64,000 bases of DNA from an uncultured SAR86 cluster bacterium (GCA_902617045.1 CACMVA010000001.1:59519-123518), one strand, 5' to 3'. Positions 1 to 9,138 are shown, counted from the first letter of the stretch. Numbers and translations: made by a program. Notes: generated by a model from the letters alone, not told the origin.

Positions 1-184
1 AAATAGGATTTATTACATTAATGAATGTGACAGAAACAGCGATGAACATTGCTAATGCCGATAAAAAATTACCTCTTACGGCAGTATCTTCTTTCCCAAG
101 CATCTTGATGCCTGAAATAAATAATATAGACGAAAATATATAAATAATGTTTTGAATAGAAGATATGTTTTCAAAAAAGCTCAT
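1..184 (-). CDS. pntB: NAD(P) transhydrogenase subunit beta, N-terminal fragment (continues past left edge)
   Basis: Own translation of the reverse strand from the ATG at 184 gives MSFFENISSIQNIIYIFSSILFISGIKMLGKEDTAVRGNFLSALAMFIAV. This matches the conserved PntB N-terminal TM region (ILFI..L.GLSK.ET..GN). It directly follows pntAA-pntAB. Confidence 0.8.
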   Translation of the reverse strand, partial: MSFFENISSIQNIIYIFSSILFISGIKMLGKEDTAVRGNFLSALAMFIAVSVTFINVINPI

Positions 185-186
185 TG

Positions 187-459
187 TTATTTCTTCTTAA
201 ACATTTTTAACATTCTGTTTGTAACAAGATAGCCACCAAAAACGTTTATTGATGCAAACATTACTGCAAGGAAAGCTAAAGCTTGTTGAAGTTGAGTATC
301 GGAACCGAGAACTAAAGCTCCAACTAAAGCAATTCCTGAGATTGCATTAGCGCCTGACATAAGAGGTGTATGCAAGGTACTTGGAACTTTAGAGATAAGC
401 TCTAATCCAAGATAAATTGAAAGAATAAGGACAAATCCTAAGAGAATATATATTTCCAT
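187..459 (-). CDS. pntAB: NAD(P) transhydrogenase subunit alpha part 2 (small membrane subunit)
   Basis: 90-aa hydrophobic protein with the HTPLMSGANAISGIALVGAL motif typical of the membrane part of split PntA. It sits between pntAA and pntB. Confidence 0.85.
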   Translation of the reverse strand: MEIYILLGFVLILSIYLGLELISKVPSTLHTPLMSGANAISGIALVGALVLGSDTQLQQALAFLAVMFASINVFGGYLVTNRMLKMFKKK

Positions 460-1580
460 TATTTCTTAAACCTCTCATTTTTAATTTCGCCATTGTGAAC
501 TAAAACACTACTTGAAATAATTTCATCATCAAAGTCAAAGCTAATGCTTAGATTTTCTTTATCAAAAAAATCTGAAATCCAATTATTGTAATTATTTGAG
601 AGTGCTAAAGAAGCATGATTAGATACTTTTGAAGCTAAGTTTGATATGCCAATAATCTTAACTCCATTTCTTTCAACAACTTTATCTACTTCAGACCCTT
701 CAACATTGCCACCTGATTCTACTGCCATATCAAAAATGACACTTCCAGGCATCATTCTATCAATTGTTTTATTATCAACTAATAAAGGTGCTGGCCTCCC
801 AAACAACTGTGCTGTGGTTATAACAATATCAGATCTCTCACACACTTTTGACTGAAGTTCTTTTTGTTTTTTTATTTGTTCTTCTGAAAGTTCTTTTGCA
901 TATCCTTGATCAGTTTCTCCTGTTTCTCCTAAATCAATTTTTACAAACTTCGCTCCAAGAGAATTTACTTGTTCCTCAACAACATCTCTTGTATCAAATG
1001 CTTCAACTCTAGCTCCCAATCTTTTTGCAGTTGCAATGGCTTGAAGACCAGCAACTCCAACACCTATAACAAATACCTTTGCAGGTTTAAGAGTACCAGC
1101 TGCTGTCATCATCATCGGTAATGCTGTTGATAAATGCTTTGCGGATTCAATCACAGCAACATAACCAGCAAGGTTTGCTTGTGAACTTAAAACATCCATC
1201 TTTTGTGCTCTAGTTATTCTAGGAATAAATTCCATACTAACTAAATTAATCTTTAACTTAGAGCATGATTCAATTAATGATTGATTACTGAATGGATTTA
1301 TCATGCCTAGTAAAGTTGAATTTGGTTTAATTAATTTTAGTTCATCATCTCCTAATGGTTGATTGGTAATTATTAAATCGCCCTTTTTGAGACACACTTC
1401 TCGTGAGGATTTCTTTAATCCACTTTGTTCAAAGATTTTATCGCTAACATTGATACCTATTCCAATATTTTCCTCAAAAAATACATCTGCCCCAAGATTT
1501 AACAAAGTACTGATAGTATCGATATGGATTGGTGATCTTGAATCAGTATCAACGGAAGACTTTAAAGCTGAAATAATCAA
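459..1580 (-). CDS. pntAA: NAD(P) transhydrogenase subunit alpha part 1 (dI domain)
   Basis: 373 aa with an alanine-dehydrogenase/PNT fold and Rossmann motif VIGVGVAGLQAIATAKRLGA. TTG start at 1580. The 1-nt overlap with pntAB indicates an operon. Confidence 0.9.
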   Translation of the reverse strand: MIISALKSSVDTDSRSPIHIDTISTLLNLGADVFFEENIGIGINVSDKIFEQSGLKKSSREVCLKKGDLIITNQPLGDDELKLIKPNSTLLGMINPFSNQSLIESCSKLKINLVSMEFIPRITRAQKMDVLSSQANLAGYVAVIESAKHLSTALPMMMTAAGTLKPAKVFVIGVGVAGLQAIATAKRLGARVEAFDTRDVVEEQVNSLGAKFVKIDLGETGETDQGYAKELSEEQIKKQKELQSKVCERSDIVITTAQLFGRPAPLLVDNKTIDRMMPGSVIFDMAVESGGNVEGSEVDKVVERNGVKIIGISNLASKVSNHASLALSNNYNNWISDFFDKENLSISFDFDDEIISSSVLVHNGEIKNERFKK

Positions 1581-1744
1581 AATATGTGTATAAATAATTT
1601 TGTAGTGAAGTTAATCTTATCAGTTCTAATAAGTCAATTGAATCAAATATCTTATTTTTGTGCACCTGTTAGATAAATTATCTTGTAGTAACGCTACATA
1701 TTAATATTTTATTTGTACTTAATTAAATTTTTAAGAGTTAAAAT

Positions 1745-2446
1745 ATGCGGATGACTAACATTGATCAACAAGAAGTTAAAAAGTTCTCTGATATTGCAGA
1801 ACAATGGTGGAACAAAGATGGTGATTTCAAACCTTTGCATGTGATAAATCCTTTGAGAGCTAATTACATAAAAGAAAAAATTGAGTTAAAAGATAAAAAA
1901 GTATTAGATGTGGGATGTGGTGGAGGACTTCTATGTGAGTCTTTATATGATTTTGGTGCAATAGTTACTGGCATTGATGCAGCAGGTCCTGGAATCGAAG
2001 TAGCAAAAATACATGCACAAAAAAATAATAAAAATATCAAATATTTTGAAAAAACTGCTGAGGAATTAAATACAGAATATATTGAATATTATGATGTCGT
2101 AACTTGTTTGGAAGTTCTTGAACATGTTCCAGATCCAAAGTCACTTATAAAAACATGCGTTCAATTACTTAAACCGGGCGGCTTGTTATTTCTATCAACT
2201 ATCAACAAAAATCCGAGATCATGGATTACTGCAATAGTGGGCGCCGAATATATATTCAATTTACTCCCAAAAGGCACTCATGAATTTGATAAATTTATAA
2301 AACCATCTTCATTAGCTAAATATGTAAGAGATGCTGAAGCTGAATTACTTGAAACAAAAGGAATGTTCTACAACCCTCTTACACATAAGGCAAACCTGAA
2401 TAATGATTTAGGTGTTAATTATCTAATGTATGCAAGAAAATCATAA
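1745..2446 (+). CDS. ubiG: Bifunctional 3-demethylubiquinone / 2-polyprenyl-6-hydroxyphenol O-methyltransferase
   Basis: N-terminus EVKKFSDIAEQWWNKDGDFKPLHVINPLRANYI and SAM motif VLDVGCGGGLL are classic UbiG features. Confidence 0.9.
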   Translation: MRMTNIDQQEVKKFSDIAEQWWNKDGDFKPLHVINPLRANYIKEKIELKDKKVLDVGCGGGLLCESLYDFGAIVTGIDAAGPGIEVAKIHAQKNNKNIKYFEKTAEELNTEYIEYYDVVTCLEVLEHVPDPKSLIKTCVQLLKPGGLLFLSTINKNPRSWITAIVGAEYIFNLLPKGTHEFDKFIKPSSLAKYVRDAEAELLETKGMFYNPLTHKANLNNDLGVNYLMYARKS

Positions 2447-3095
2447 AACAGAGCTTATTTTATTTGATTTAGATGGGACTCTAATAGATACGGCACCTGA
2501 TTTTCATACTTCATTAAATACCATGCTAAAAAAATATCATATGAATGAAGTCAGTGAATCTGATATTCGGCCTCATATTTCTGAAGGAACATCAAAACTG
2601 ATTAAAAAATTTTTTGCTATAGATGAAGATGATTCTAAATTTGAACCATTAAAGTCAGAATTTCTTTCTGAATACAATATGAATAAAACAAAAGGCTGTA
2701 AGCTTTTTGATGGCATGACATCATTAATTAATTTTATGGACAAAAATAATATTAAATACGGAGTCGTTACTAATAAATTTTTTAAATTTGCAAGTCCTAT
2801 AATTGACTCATTCTCAGAATTAAAAAATATCAAAGTAATAGTTTGTCCTGATCATGTAAAAATATCTAAGCCTGATCCTGAGGGTATTTTGTTAGCTTGT
2901 AAAAAACTTGATATCAACCCATTAAATACAATTTATTTAGGTGATCATATTAATGATTTAAAAGCTGGGTTAAGCGCGGGGGTCAGAGTCTTAGGGTGTC
3001 TTTATGGATATTCTCTAGATGAAAACAATCTTAATAAGCTTAATTATGCATACATAAGAGATATTTCAGAAATTTACTCACATATAAATATTTAA
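2430..3095 (+). CDS. HAD-superfamily phosphatase (phosphoglycolate phosphatase / MupP-like)
   Basis: HAD motif I is LFDLDGTLIDT and motif IV is GDHINDLKAG. The position after ubiG mirrors ubiG-mupP-yciK of pseudomonads. Confidence 0.75.
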   Translation: MQENHKTELILFDLDGTLIDTAPDFHTSLNTMLKKYHMNEVSESDIRPHISEGTSKLIKKFFAIDEDDSKFEPLKSEFLSEYNMNKTKGCKLFDGMTSLINFMDKNNIKYGVVTNKFFKFASPIIDSFSELKNIKVIVCPDHVKISKPDPEGILLACKKLDINPLNTIYLGDHINDLKAGLSAGVRVLGCLYGYSLDENNLNKLNYAYIRDISEIYSHINI

Positions 3096-3104
3096 CTACT
3101 AAGA

Positions 3105-3845
3105 ATGATAAAAGATTTTTTATTAAATAAAAATATACTTATTACGGGTGCGACAAGTGGTATTGGCAAGTCACTTACAAAATATCTTAGCGAGCATGGA
3201 GCGAATATCCTAATGCTCTCAAAAGATGAGTCTAAGCTTGATGTTTTATATGATGAAATTGTAAAAAAATATAATACTGATCCCTGTATATTTAAATGTG
3301 ATTTGCAGAAAATTAATGAAGATAGTGCTATAGAAATAAATAAAATTATTAATGAAAATTACTCGGGTATAGATGCAGTAATCTTCAATGCTGCAGCTCT
3401 TGACAAGATGTCACATATAGAAAGTTACGATTTAGCTACTTGGGAAAAAGTTTTGAAAATAAACTTAACAAGTATTTTCCTCATAGCAAAAAATTTAATA
3501 CCTATGCTTAAAGAATCCTCAAATCCAAGAATAATATTTACTACTTCGAGCGTTGGTAAAAAGGGAAAGGCCTTTTGGGGTGCTTATTCTGTTTCTAAAG
3601 CAGGTTTGAATGCTTTATCAGAAATAATTGCTGATGAGGTTGAATCAGTATCGAATATAAAAGTTTTTAACTTTGATCCAAAAGCTACCAGAACTAAAAT
3701 GAGATCTCTCGCATATCCTGCTGAAAATCCTAGCACCATTAAAGATCCGCTAAAGCTAATGGATTATTATTTATGGATGCTTTCAGAGGATAGTTCTTCT
3801 TCAAATGAAATCCATATCGAATATAGAGGTGATAAGTTCAGATAG
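3105..3845 (+). CDS. yciK: YciK-family short-chain dehydrogenase/reductase
   Basis: TGATSGIGK cofactor motif and YSVSKAG catalytic YxxxK. The protein resembles E. coli YciK along its full length (from memory), including the NFDPKATRTKMR..AYP.E.P segment. Confidence 0.8.
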   Translation: MIKDFLLNKNILITGATSGIGKSLTKYLSEHGANILMLSKDESKLDVLYDEIVKKYNTDPCIFKCDLQKINEDSAIEINKIINENYSGIDAVIFNAAALDKMSHIESYDLATWEKVLKINLTSIFLIAKNLIPMLKESSNPRIIFTTSSVGKKGKAFWGAYSVSKAGLNALSEIIADEVESVSNIKVFNFDPKATRTKMRSLAYPAENPSTIKDPLKLMDYYLWMLSEDSSSSNEIHIEYRGDKFR

Positions 3846-4449
3846 TAACATTTTCATCTTCTAGCACTCTCCATAAAAAAAGACACATATAACTTCTATA
3901 AGGCCTAAAACTTTCATAAAAAGACTCTTTATAGGAATCAATTTTAAACATCTTTAGGTGTGCATTCCTTAGGCCTAAATCTAAAATAGAAAAAATATCT
4001 GGATCACCAATAAAAAATATTCTAGACATTTCAATTGACCATGGTCCAATGCCTTTAATTTGAATTAAGAAATCAAAATACTCTGCTGCACTCATTCTAT
4101 TAAGTTCTTTTTTAGAGATATTTATAAGGTCTTTATTAAAAATAATTCCATTTAGATATTCAATTTTTTGCCTTGATAAACCAGCATCTCTAAACTTTTG
4201 GTTAAGTTTTATATTTTCCTTTTTATACTTATTTTCTTTAAGGATTTTATCTGTCCTTTTCCATATTGCCGCCGCTGATTGAACAGAAAGCTGTTGACCA
4301 ATAATTATTTTTGATAAATGGCTTACAAAATCCATCTTAGATACTTTGATTTTTAAAGGGCCAACTCTCTTAATATGATTTGCAAGTTGGATAAAGCCTT
4401 TTTCAATAGCTTTGTCATATAAAAATTTGTGTGCAAGTTTATATTCCAT
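3838..4449 (-). CDS. DNA-3-methyladenine glycosylase II family (HhH-GPD, AlkA-like)
   Basis: IIGQQLSVQSAAAIW, the helix-hairpin-helix IKGIGPWSIEM and the downstream LDLGLRNA with a catalytic Asp context. Confidence 0.7.
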   Translation of the reverse strand: MEYKLAHKFLYDKAIEKGFIQLANHIKRVGPLKIKVSKMDFVSHLSKIIIGQQLSVQSAAAIWKRTDKILKENKYKKENIKLNQKFRDAGLSRQKIEYLNGIIFNKDLINISKKELNRMSAAEYFDFLIQIKGIGPWSIEMSRIFFIGDPDIFSILDLGLRNAHLKMFKIDSYKESFYESFRPYRSYMCLFLWRVLEDENVTI

Positions 4450-5164
4450 AGTTCTTTATTGAATCTATTTCTTTGCTAGATAATTCTATATAGCCACCTT
4501 TTTTTAATGAAGAAGGCAAAAAAATAGGTCCAAATCTTGTTCTTTTTAATCTGCTTATCTCTAACCCAACAGCATTAAATATTTTTCTTACTTCTCTGTT
4601 TTTTCCAGACATAAGACAAACAGAAAACCATTGATTAGATGATTGTTTTTCTCCTTCTACAATATCTGTAAATCTGTAAATATCATTGTCAATCTTAATT
4701 CCTGAGAGCATTTTTTCTTTCTTTTCTTTTGTAAAGCCCCCTCTAGCCCTTACCAAATACTCTCTGTCAATACTTGATGAAGGATGCATGCAATAATTAG
4801 CGAATGTCCCATCATTTGTAAAAAGCATCAAACCTGACGAATTTATGTCTAACCTCCCAATTGAGATCCATCTGATTTTTGATTTACCTTCAGGCAAAAA
4901 ATCAAAAACTATTGGTATGTTTTTTTCTTTTTTGTTTGAAGACAAAACCCCCTCAGGTTTATTTAGCATTAATAATCTAATTTCTGACTCAGTAAAAGAA
5001 ATAATGTTGCCATCATATTCAACTTCATCATTTTTATTTACCGAAGAACCTATTAAAGCTATTTGACCGTTAACCTTAATTTTTTTAGATTTAATTAATT
5101 CCTCACAATACCTTCTTGATCCGATACCAGATTTTGCTAAGAATTTTTGAAGTCTCTCTGCCAT
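4439..5164 (-). CDS. rluB: 23S rRNA pseudouridine synthase B
   Basis: N-terminal S4 domain (ERLQKFLAKSGIGSRRYCEELI) and the RsuA/RluB catalytic motif GRLDINSSGLMLFTNDG. It lies next to scpB as in many Gammaproteobacteria. Confidence 0.85.
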   Translation of the reverse strand: MAERLQKFLAKSGIGSRRYCEELIKSKKIKVNGQIALIGSSVNKNDEVEYDGNIISFTESEIRLLMLNKPEGVLSSNKKEKNIPIVFDFLPEGKSKIRWISIGRLDINSSGLMLFTNDGTFANYCMHPSSSIDREYLVRARGGFTKEKKEKMLSGIKIDNDIYRFTDIVEGEKQSSNQWFSVCLMSGKNREVRKIFNAVGLEISRLKRTRFGPIFLPSSLKKGGYIELSSKEIDSIKNYGI

Positions 5165-5171
5165 TAATTAA

Positions 5172-5729
5172 TTATATGGCTTGAGACAATATGTCTTTCT
5201 CTTCGTTTTCCTCAATTTCAGGTAATTCTGGTAATTCAGAAATACTTTTAAGGTTCAAATCATTTAAGAAATCTTTTGTTGTTACGTATAAAGTTGGCCT
5301 TCCAGGAACATCTCTATAACCAGATACTTTTATCCAATTCCTTTCCAATAGAGATCTTATGATCCTTGTACTTACTGTAATACCTCTGATGTCTTCAATA
5401 TCACCTCTAGTAACAGGTTGCTTATAAGCAATTATTGAGATAGTTTCCATTAATGCTTTTGAAACTCTTGGAGCTTTTTCATTCCAAAGTGCTCTAAGAA
5501 TATGACCATGATCCTCTTTGATTTGAAGTCTATATCCAGATGCAACTTCTGTAACTTTAAGAGATGTCCCTTCATATCTCATCTCTAAATCATTAATTGC
5601 TCTTTTGATTTCACTTAGCTCAACACTTAATCCGGTGTTTTCAAGAATACTTTTTATTTCTGACAATCTTATAGGCCTTCCAGAACCAAAAAGAAGAGCT
5701 TCAACAGAATTAATAACCTTGTGTTCCAA
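5172..5729 (-). CDS. scpB: Segregation and condensation protein B
   Basis: 185-aa winged-helix protein (EALLFGSGRPI..., IAYKQPVTRGDIEDIRG) immediately downstream of scpA. Confidence 0.85.
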   Translation of the reverse strand: MEHKVINSVEALLFGSGRPIRLSEIKSILENTGLSVELSEIKRAINDLEMRYEGTSLKVTEVASGYRLQIKEDHGHILRALWNEKAPRVSKALMETISIIAYKQPVTRGDIEDIRGITVSTRIIRSLLERNWIKVSGYRDVPGRPTLYVTTKDFLNDLNLKSISELPELPEIEENEEKDILSQAI

Positions 5730-5730
5730 T

Positions 5731-6528
5731 TTATATACCCCTTACAGATTTAATAAACAATTCTTCACTCTTATTTTGAATTAACTCAATATAACCATCT
5801 TTAGCAAGTTCCAATGAGGCTAGAAGAGTTACTACGACTCCCTTTTTACCCTCTGGTTTTCTGAGTGTCTTTGAGAAACTGATAATGTTTTTATTGTTTA
5901 ATATTTCCAACAGAATCTGAATTCTCTCTTTGGTTGATAATTCTTCGAAATCTATTAAATGACTATTTTTATAGTTCGGTCTGTTCAATACTTCAACTAC
6001 AGAAGTAAATAAGTCCGTAATATTTATTTCAGATTCCTCTTTTAATAATGATTCTTGTAATTTTGGTACCTTAGCGCTTGCTATAAAAAAATCTCTATCA
6101 ACCCTTGGTAAAATTGCTATTTTTTCAGAAACTGTCTTAAATCTTTTGTACTCCTGCAATCTTTTTATAAGAGCTGCTCTTGGATCTTCTTCCTCATCTT
6201 CAAAAGACTCTTTTGGTAACATTAATCTTGATTTTATCTCAGCAAGAGTTGCCGCCATGACAAGATAATCAGCTGCTAATTCAAATTTTAAAGAATCCAT
6301 TAATTCTATGTACTCTAAATATTGGTCGGTTATCTTTGATATATCTAAATCAAGAATATCAATATCATCCTTTCTTATAAGATATAAAAGAAGGTCCAGG
6401 GGCCCAGAAAATGTCTCAAGAAAAATCTCTAGAGCGTTTGGAGGAATGAAAAGATCATCTGGCAACTCTTCCAGGTGATTTCCCATCACTACAGGAATTT
6501 CAAGCTGCGCAAGACTATTATGTTGCAT
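5731..6528 (-). CDS. scpA: Segregation and condensation protein A (kleisin)
   Basis: 265 aa with FSGPLDLLLYLIRKDDIDILDLDISKITDQYLEY, typical of the ScpA N-terminus. Confidence 0.85.
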   Translation of the reverse strand: MQHNSLAQLEIPVVMGNHLEELPDDLFIPPNALEIFLETFSGPLDLLLYLIRKDDIDILDLDISKITDQYLEYIELMDSLKFELAADYLVMAATLAEIKSRLMLPKESFEDEEEDPRAALIKRLQEYKRFKTVSEKIAILPRVDRDFFIASAKVPKLQESLLKEESEINITDLFTSVVEVLNRPNYKNSHLIDFEELSTKERIQILLEILNNKNIISFSKTLRKPEGKKGVVVTLLASLELAKDGYIELIQNKSEELFIKSVRGI

Positions 6529-6534
6529 ATTTAA

Positions 6535-6548
6535 ACACTATATAGTGT
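6535..6548. promoter_or_regulatory. Perfect 14-bp palindrome ACACTATATAGTGT (candidate operator)
   Basis: Read directly from the sequence. It lies 7 nt upstream of the scpA start in the scpA/aroG divergent region. Confidence 0.2.
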
Positions 6549-6594
6549 AAGTTTTAGCTATTTTAATACAATATGTTGTGTATTTCCTTAAAAA

Positions 6595-6663
6595 ATGCAT
6601 ATTTATAACAAATTTTTTATTTTCAATTACTTCATAAAAATGGTTTTAATCAGTGAATATTAA
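6595..6663 (+). promoter_or_regulatory. Candidate 22-codon Phe/Tyr-rich leader ORF upstream of DAHP synthase
   Basis: The ORF runs from ATG at 6595 to TAA at 6661-6663 and encodes MHIYNKFFIFNYFIKMVLISEY (4 Phe, 3 Tyr). A 9-bp inverted repeat, AAATGGTTT (6638-6646) / AAACCATTT (6676-6684), overlaps its 3-prime end. Confidence 0.2.
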
Positions 6664-6714
6664 TTTAATAATATGAAACCATTTCTCTAAATAGAGTTAT
6701 AAAATATAAAAAAT

Positions 6715-7764
6715 ATGAATTATTCAACTGATAACACAAGAATTATTGATAGAAAGAAAGTTCCTGCTCCCTATGAGTTAGTAAATAAGTACCCTATTAA
6801 TGATGAAATTTCAAAACTTGTATACGGTACAAGAAATGAAATTAGCCAAATTCTTCATGATAAAGATGATCGAATATTTGTAGTGGTTGGGCCATGTTCA
6901 ATACATGATCCACAAAGTGCAATTGAATACGCAAAAAAGTTATCTAATGAAAATAAAAATTTTAGTGAAAATCTCTTAGTAGTAATGAGAGTTTATTTTG
7001 AAAAGCCAAGAACTACAGTTGGATGGAAAGGATTGATAAATGATCCCGATATTAATGAAACCTATAACATTGCCAAAGGTGTTGAGATGGCTAGAAAATT
7101 GCTTATTGAAATTGCTGAATTGGGATTGCCTGCAGGAACAGAATTTTTAGATCCAATTTCACCTCAATATGTAACTGATATTATTTCGTGGGGAGCAATT
7201 GGTGCAAGAACAGCAGAAAGCCAAATTCATAGAGAGCTCGCATCTGGTCTTTCATGTCCTATTGGCATAAAGAACGGCACAGATGGTGGTTTAAAAGCTG
7301 CAATTGATGGAATACAAGCAGCAAATCATTCCCATGTTTTTCTTGGTGCAACAAAAGAAGCTGATATTGCTATGCTTAAAACAGCTGGCAATAGTGATAC
7401 CCACATTATTTTAAGAGGTGGTAAAGTGCCAAATTTTGACAAAGAATCAGTAGAAAGCACTTTGACTGCTCTTAAAGAAGCTGAAGTTAATGAATCCATA
7501 ATGATTGATGCCAGTCATGGAAATAGTCAAAAGAAATTTAAACAACAAATCCCTGTTATTGATTCGATATGCGAACAGATTTCAGATGGTAACAAAAATA
7601 TAAAAGGTGTAATGATTGAAAGCCACTTAAATGAGGGTAACCAAAAAATTACTGAAAAACTTAACTACGGTCAAAGTATTACAGATGCATGTATGGGTTG
7701 GGAAGATACTGTAATGTGCCTTAGCAAATTAAATGATGCAATAAATCTAAAAAGAGGTAAATAA
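6715..7764 (+). CDS. aroG: 3-deoxy-7-phosphoheptulonate (DAHP) synthase, class I
   Basis: The hallmark EKPRTTVGWKGLINDP, plus IDASHGNS and an overall length of 349 aa. Which feedback isozyme (F/G/H) it is cannot be told from the sequence. Confidence 0.93.
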   Translation: MNYSTDNTRIIDRKKVPAPYELVNKYPINDEISKLVYGTRNEISQILHDKDDRIFVVVGPCSIHDPQSAIEYAKKLSNENKNFSENLLVVMRVYFEKPRTTVGWKGLINDPDINETYNIAKGVEMARKLLIEIAELGLPAGTEFLDPISPQYVTDIISWGAIGARTAESQIHRELASGLSCPIGIKNGTDGGLKAAIDGIQAANHSHVFLGATKEADIAMLKTAGNSDTHIILRGGKVPNFDKESVESTLTALKEAEVNESIMIDASHGNSQKKFKQQIPVIDSICEQISDGNKNIKGVMIESHLNEGNQKITEKLNYGQSITDACMGWEDTVMCLSKLNDAINLKRGK

Positions 7765-7769
7765 TCTAA

Positions 7770-8555
7770 TTGAGCAGTGAGAAAAATTTATCTTTTTCAA
7801 GTGAGGTAGCAGAAACACTTGGCGTTGAGTGTGCAATCATCCTGAATCAATATAATGAAAACTTGTTAGAAGATATCACTTCATTAGATAGCCTAATAAA
7901 GTCAACAAAAAAAAATATAAGTTTTCTTGATGAAGAAAAAATTAAAGAATCTATAAACACGCTAATAAAATATCAATTAATTGATATCAATAAAAAGACT
8001 TATAGACTTAAAACTCCAAACAAAACTTCAGATTCATGCCAGCTTGATATTGAGTGGATCCCATCACCTGAAGTAGATGAAGTCTTAAATATGACTGAAA
8101 TTACTAATGATTTCTATAACCTTAAACTTAAAGAATTTAAAATTTATTGGATGGAAAGAGGTCAAAAGAAGAATAACTGGAATTCAACATTTATTGATTT
8201 TATAAGACGTGAATGGGCAAAAGAAACTAATTCAAAAAAGACTATCCCTCATATTATTGATGAAAACTGGTATCCTGATGATGATGTGTTTGATATTCTT
8301 AATCTGTCAGAAATAAATAAAGATTCTGCGTTAAGATATCTTAGAGAATTTATCTTATATTGGAAGGATAAAGGCTCTGCATTTACAACATGGAATTCTA
8401 AATTCATTGAGCATGTTAAAAGACGTCATATGATGAGTAATGAAATAGGTAGTGATGAGGAAAATAAAAAATATTCTGAGCCAGGAAAATATAAAAAAGA
8501 CTTCAAAACAAGAAAAAATGACAACACTTGGGCAAAAGAAATCAATCTCGACTAA
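7770..8555 (+). CDS. Protein with two tandem DnaT-like ssDNA-binding domains (phage/primosome-type replication protein)
   Basis: TTG start with no in-frame ATG nearby. There are two repeats (aa 93-150 and 164-220), each with W.P....V.....I.......L.EF..YW...G....W...FI..V.R. Confidence 0.6.
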   Translation: MSSEKNLSFSSEVAETLGVECAIILNQYNENLLEDITSLDSLIKSTKKNISFLDEEKIKESINTLIKYQLIDINKKTYRLKTPNKTSDSCQLDIEWIPSPEVDEVLNMTEITNDFYNLKLKEFKIYWMERGQKKNNWNSTFIDFIRREWAKETNSKKTIPHIIDENWYPDDDVFDILNLSEINKDSALRYLREFILYWKDKGSAFTTWNSKFIEHVKRRHMMSNEIGSDEENKKYSEPGKYKKDFKTRKNDNTWAKEINLD

Positions 8556-9099
8556 AGAGGATTTTATAAAATCCATTGATGCTATGTTCCTTAAGCTTGA
8601 GTTAGCCTATCACTATCAATTTTATAAAGTGTTTGGCACTGACGAAAAACTTAAAGAAGGTAAAAAACTTTGGGCTATTACATTAAAAAATGAATCTCCA
8701 GAAACAATTCTTGCCGCTGTCGAGAAAGTAGTAGCGTCTCAATCATATTTACCTACACTGACTGATCTCATCAAAGCATGCAAAGAAATTAACAAAATGG
8801 ATGGCTTCCCCTCTGCAGAAGAAGCATATATAGAAGCAAGAAAGTCATTCCAGCCAAGAGCTGAATTTAATTGGTCTCATCCTATTATTTATTTCACTGG
8901 AAAGAAGATTGGTTGGAATAATCTAATGGAAAAAGATTCAAAAGAAAATTTTAATTTATTTAAAAAAATATTTAATAATTTAAAAAATGAAGTTATTAAT
9001 GGAAAAATTTTTGAAATAAAAGATAATACAGACCATGAAACTAGAAAACCTCTTAATAAAGATTTATTCGAAAAATTAAGAAAGGAACATAAAGTTTAA
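8452..9099 (+). CDS. Lambda replication protein P-like protein (putative helicase loader)
   Basis: By-eye alignment to lambda P as recalled from memory: LWAITLKNESPETILAAVEKVV..YLPTLTDLIKACKE, FPSAEEAY..., WSHPIIYFTGKKIGW. The start is uncertain; candidates are GTG 8452, ATG 8455 and ATG 8518. Confidence 0.55.
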   Translation: MMRKIKNILSQENIKKTSKQEKMTTLGQKKSISTKEDFIKSIDAMFLKLELAYHYQFYKVFGTDEKLKEGKKLWAITLKNESPETILAAVEKVVASQSYLPTLTDLIKACKEINKMDGFPSAEEAYIEARKSFQPRAEFNWSHPIIYFTGKKIGWNNLMEKDSKENFNLFKKIFNNLKNEVINGKIFEIKDNTDHETRKPLNKDLFEKLRKEHKV

Positions 9100-9138
9100 A
9101 ACTATTAATTTTTATTTCAGTAGTTTGATTCTAATAAT

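Noticed and set aside
7770-9099. Calling the DnaT-like / lambda-P-like pair a prophage or mobile element.
   Set aside because: There are no flanking integrase, repressor, structural, lysis or att-like repeats. The immediate neighbours are aroG and an efflux pump, and I saw no visible compositional break. I report it as a domesticated pair instead.
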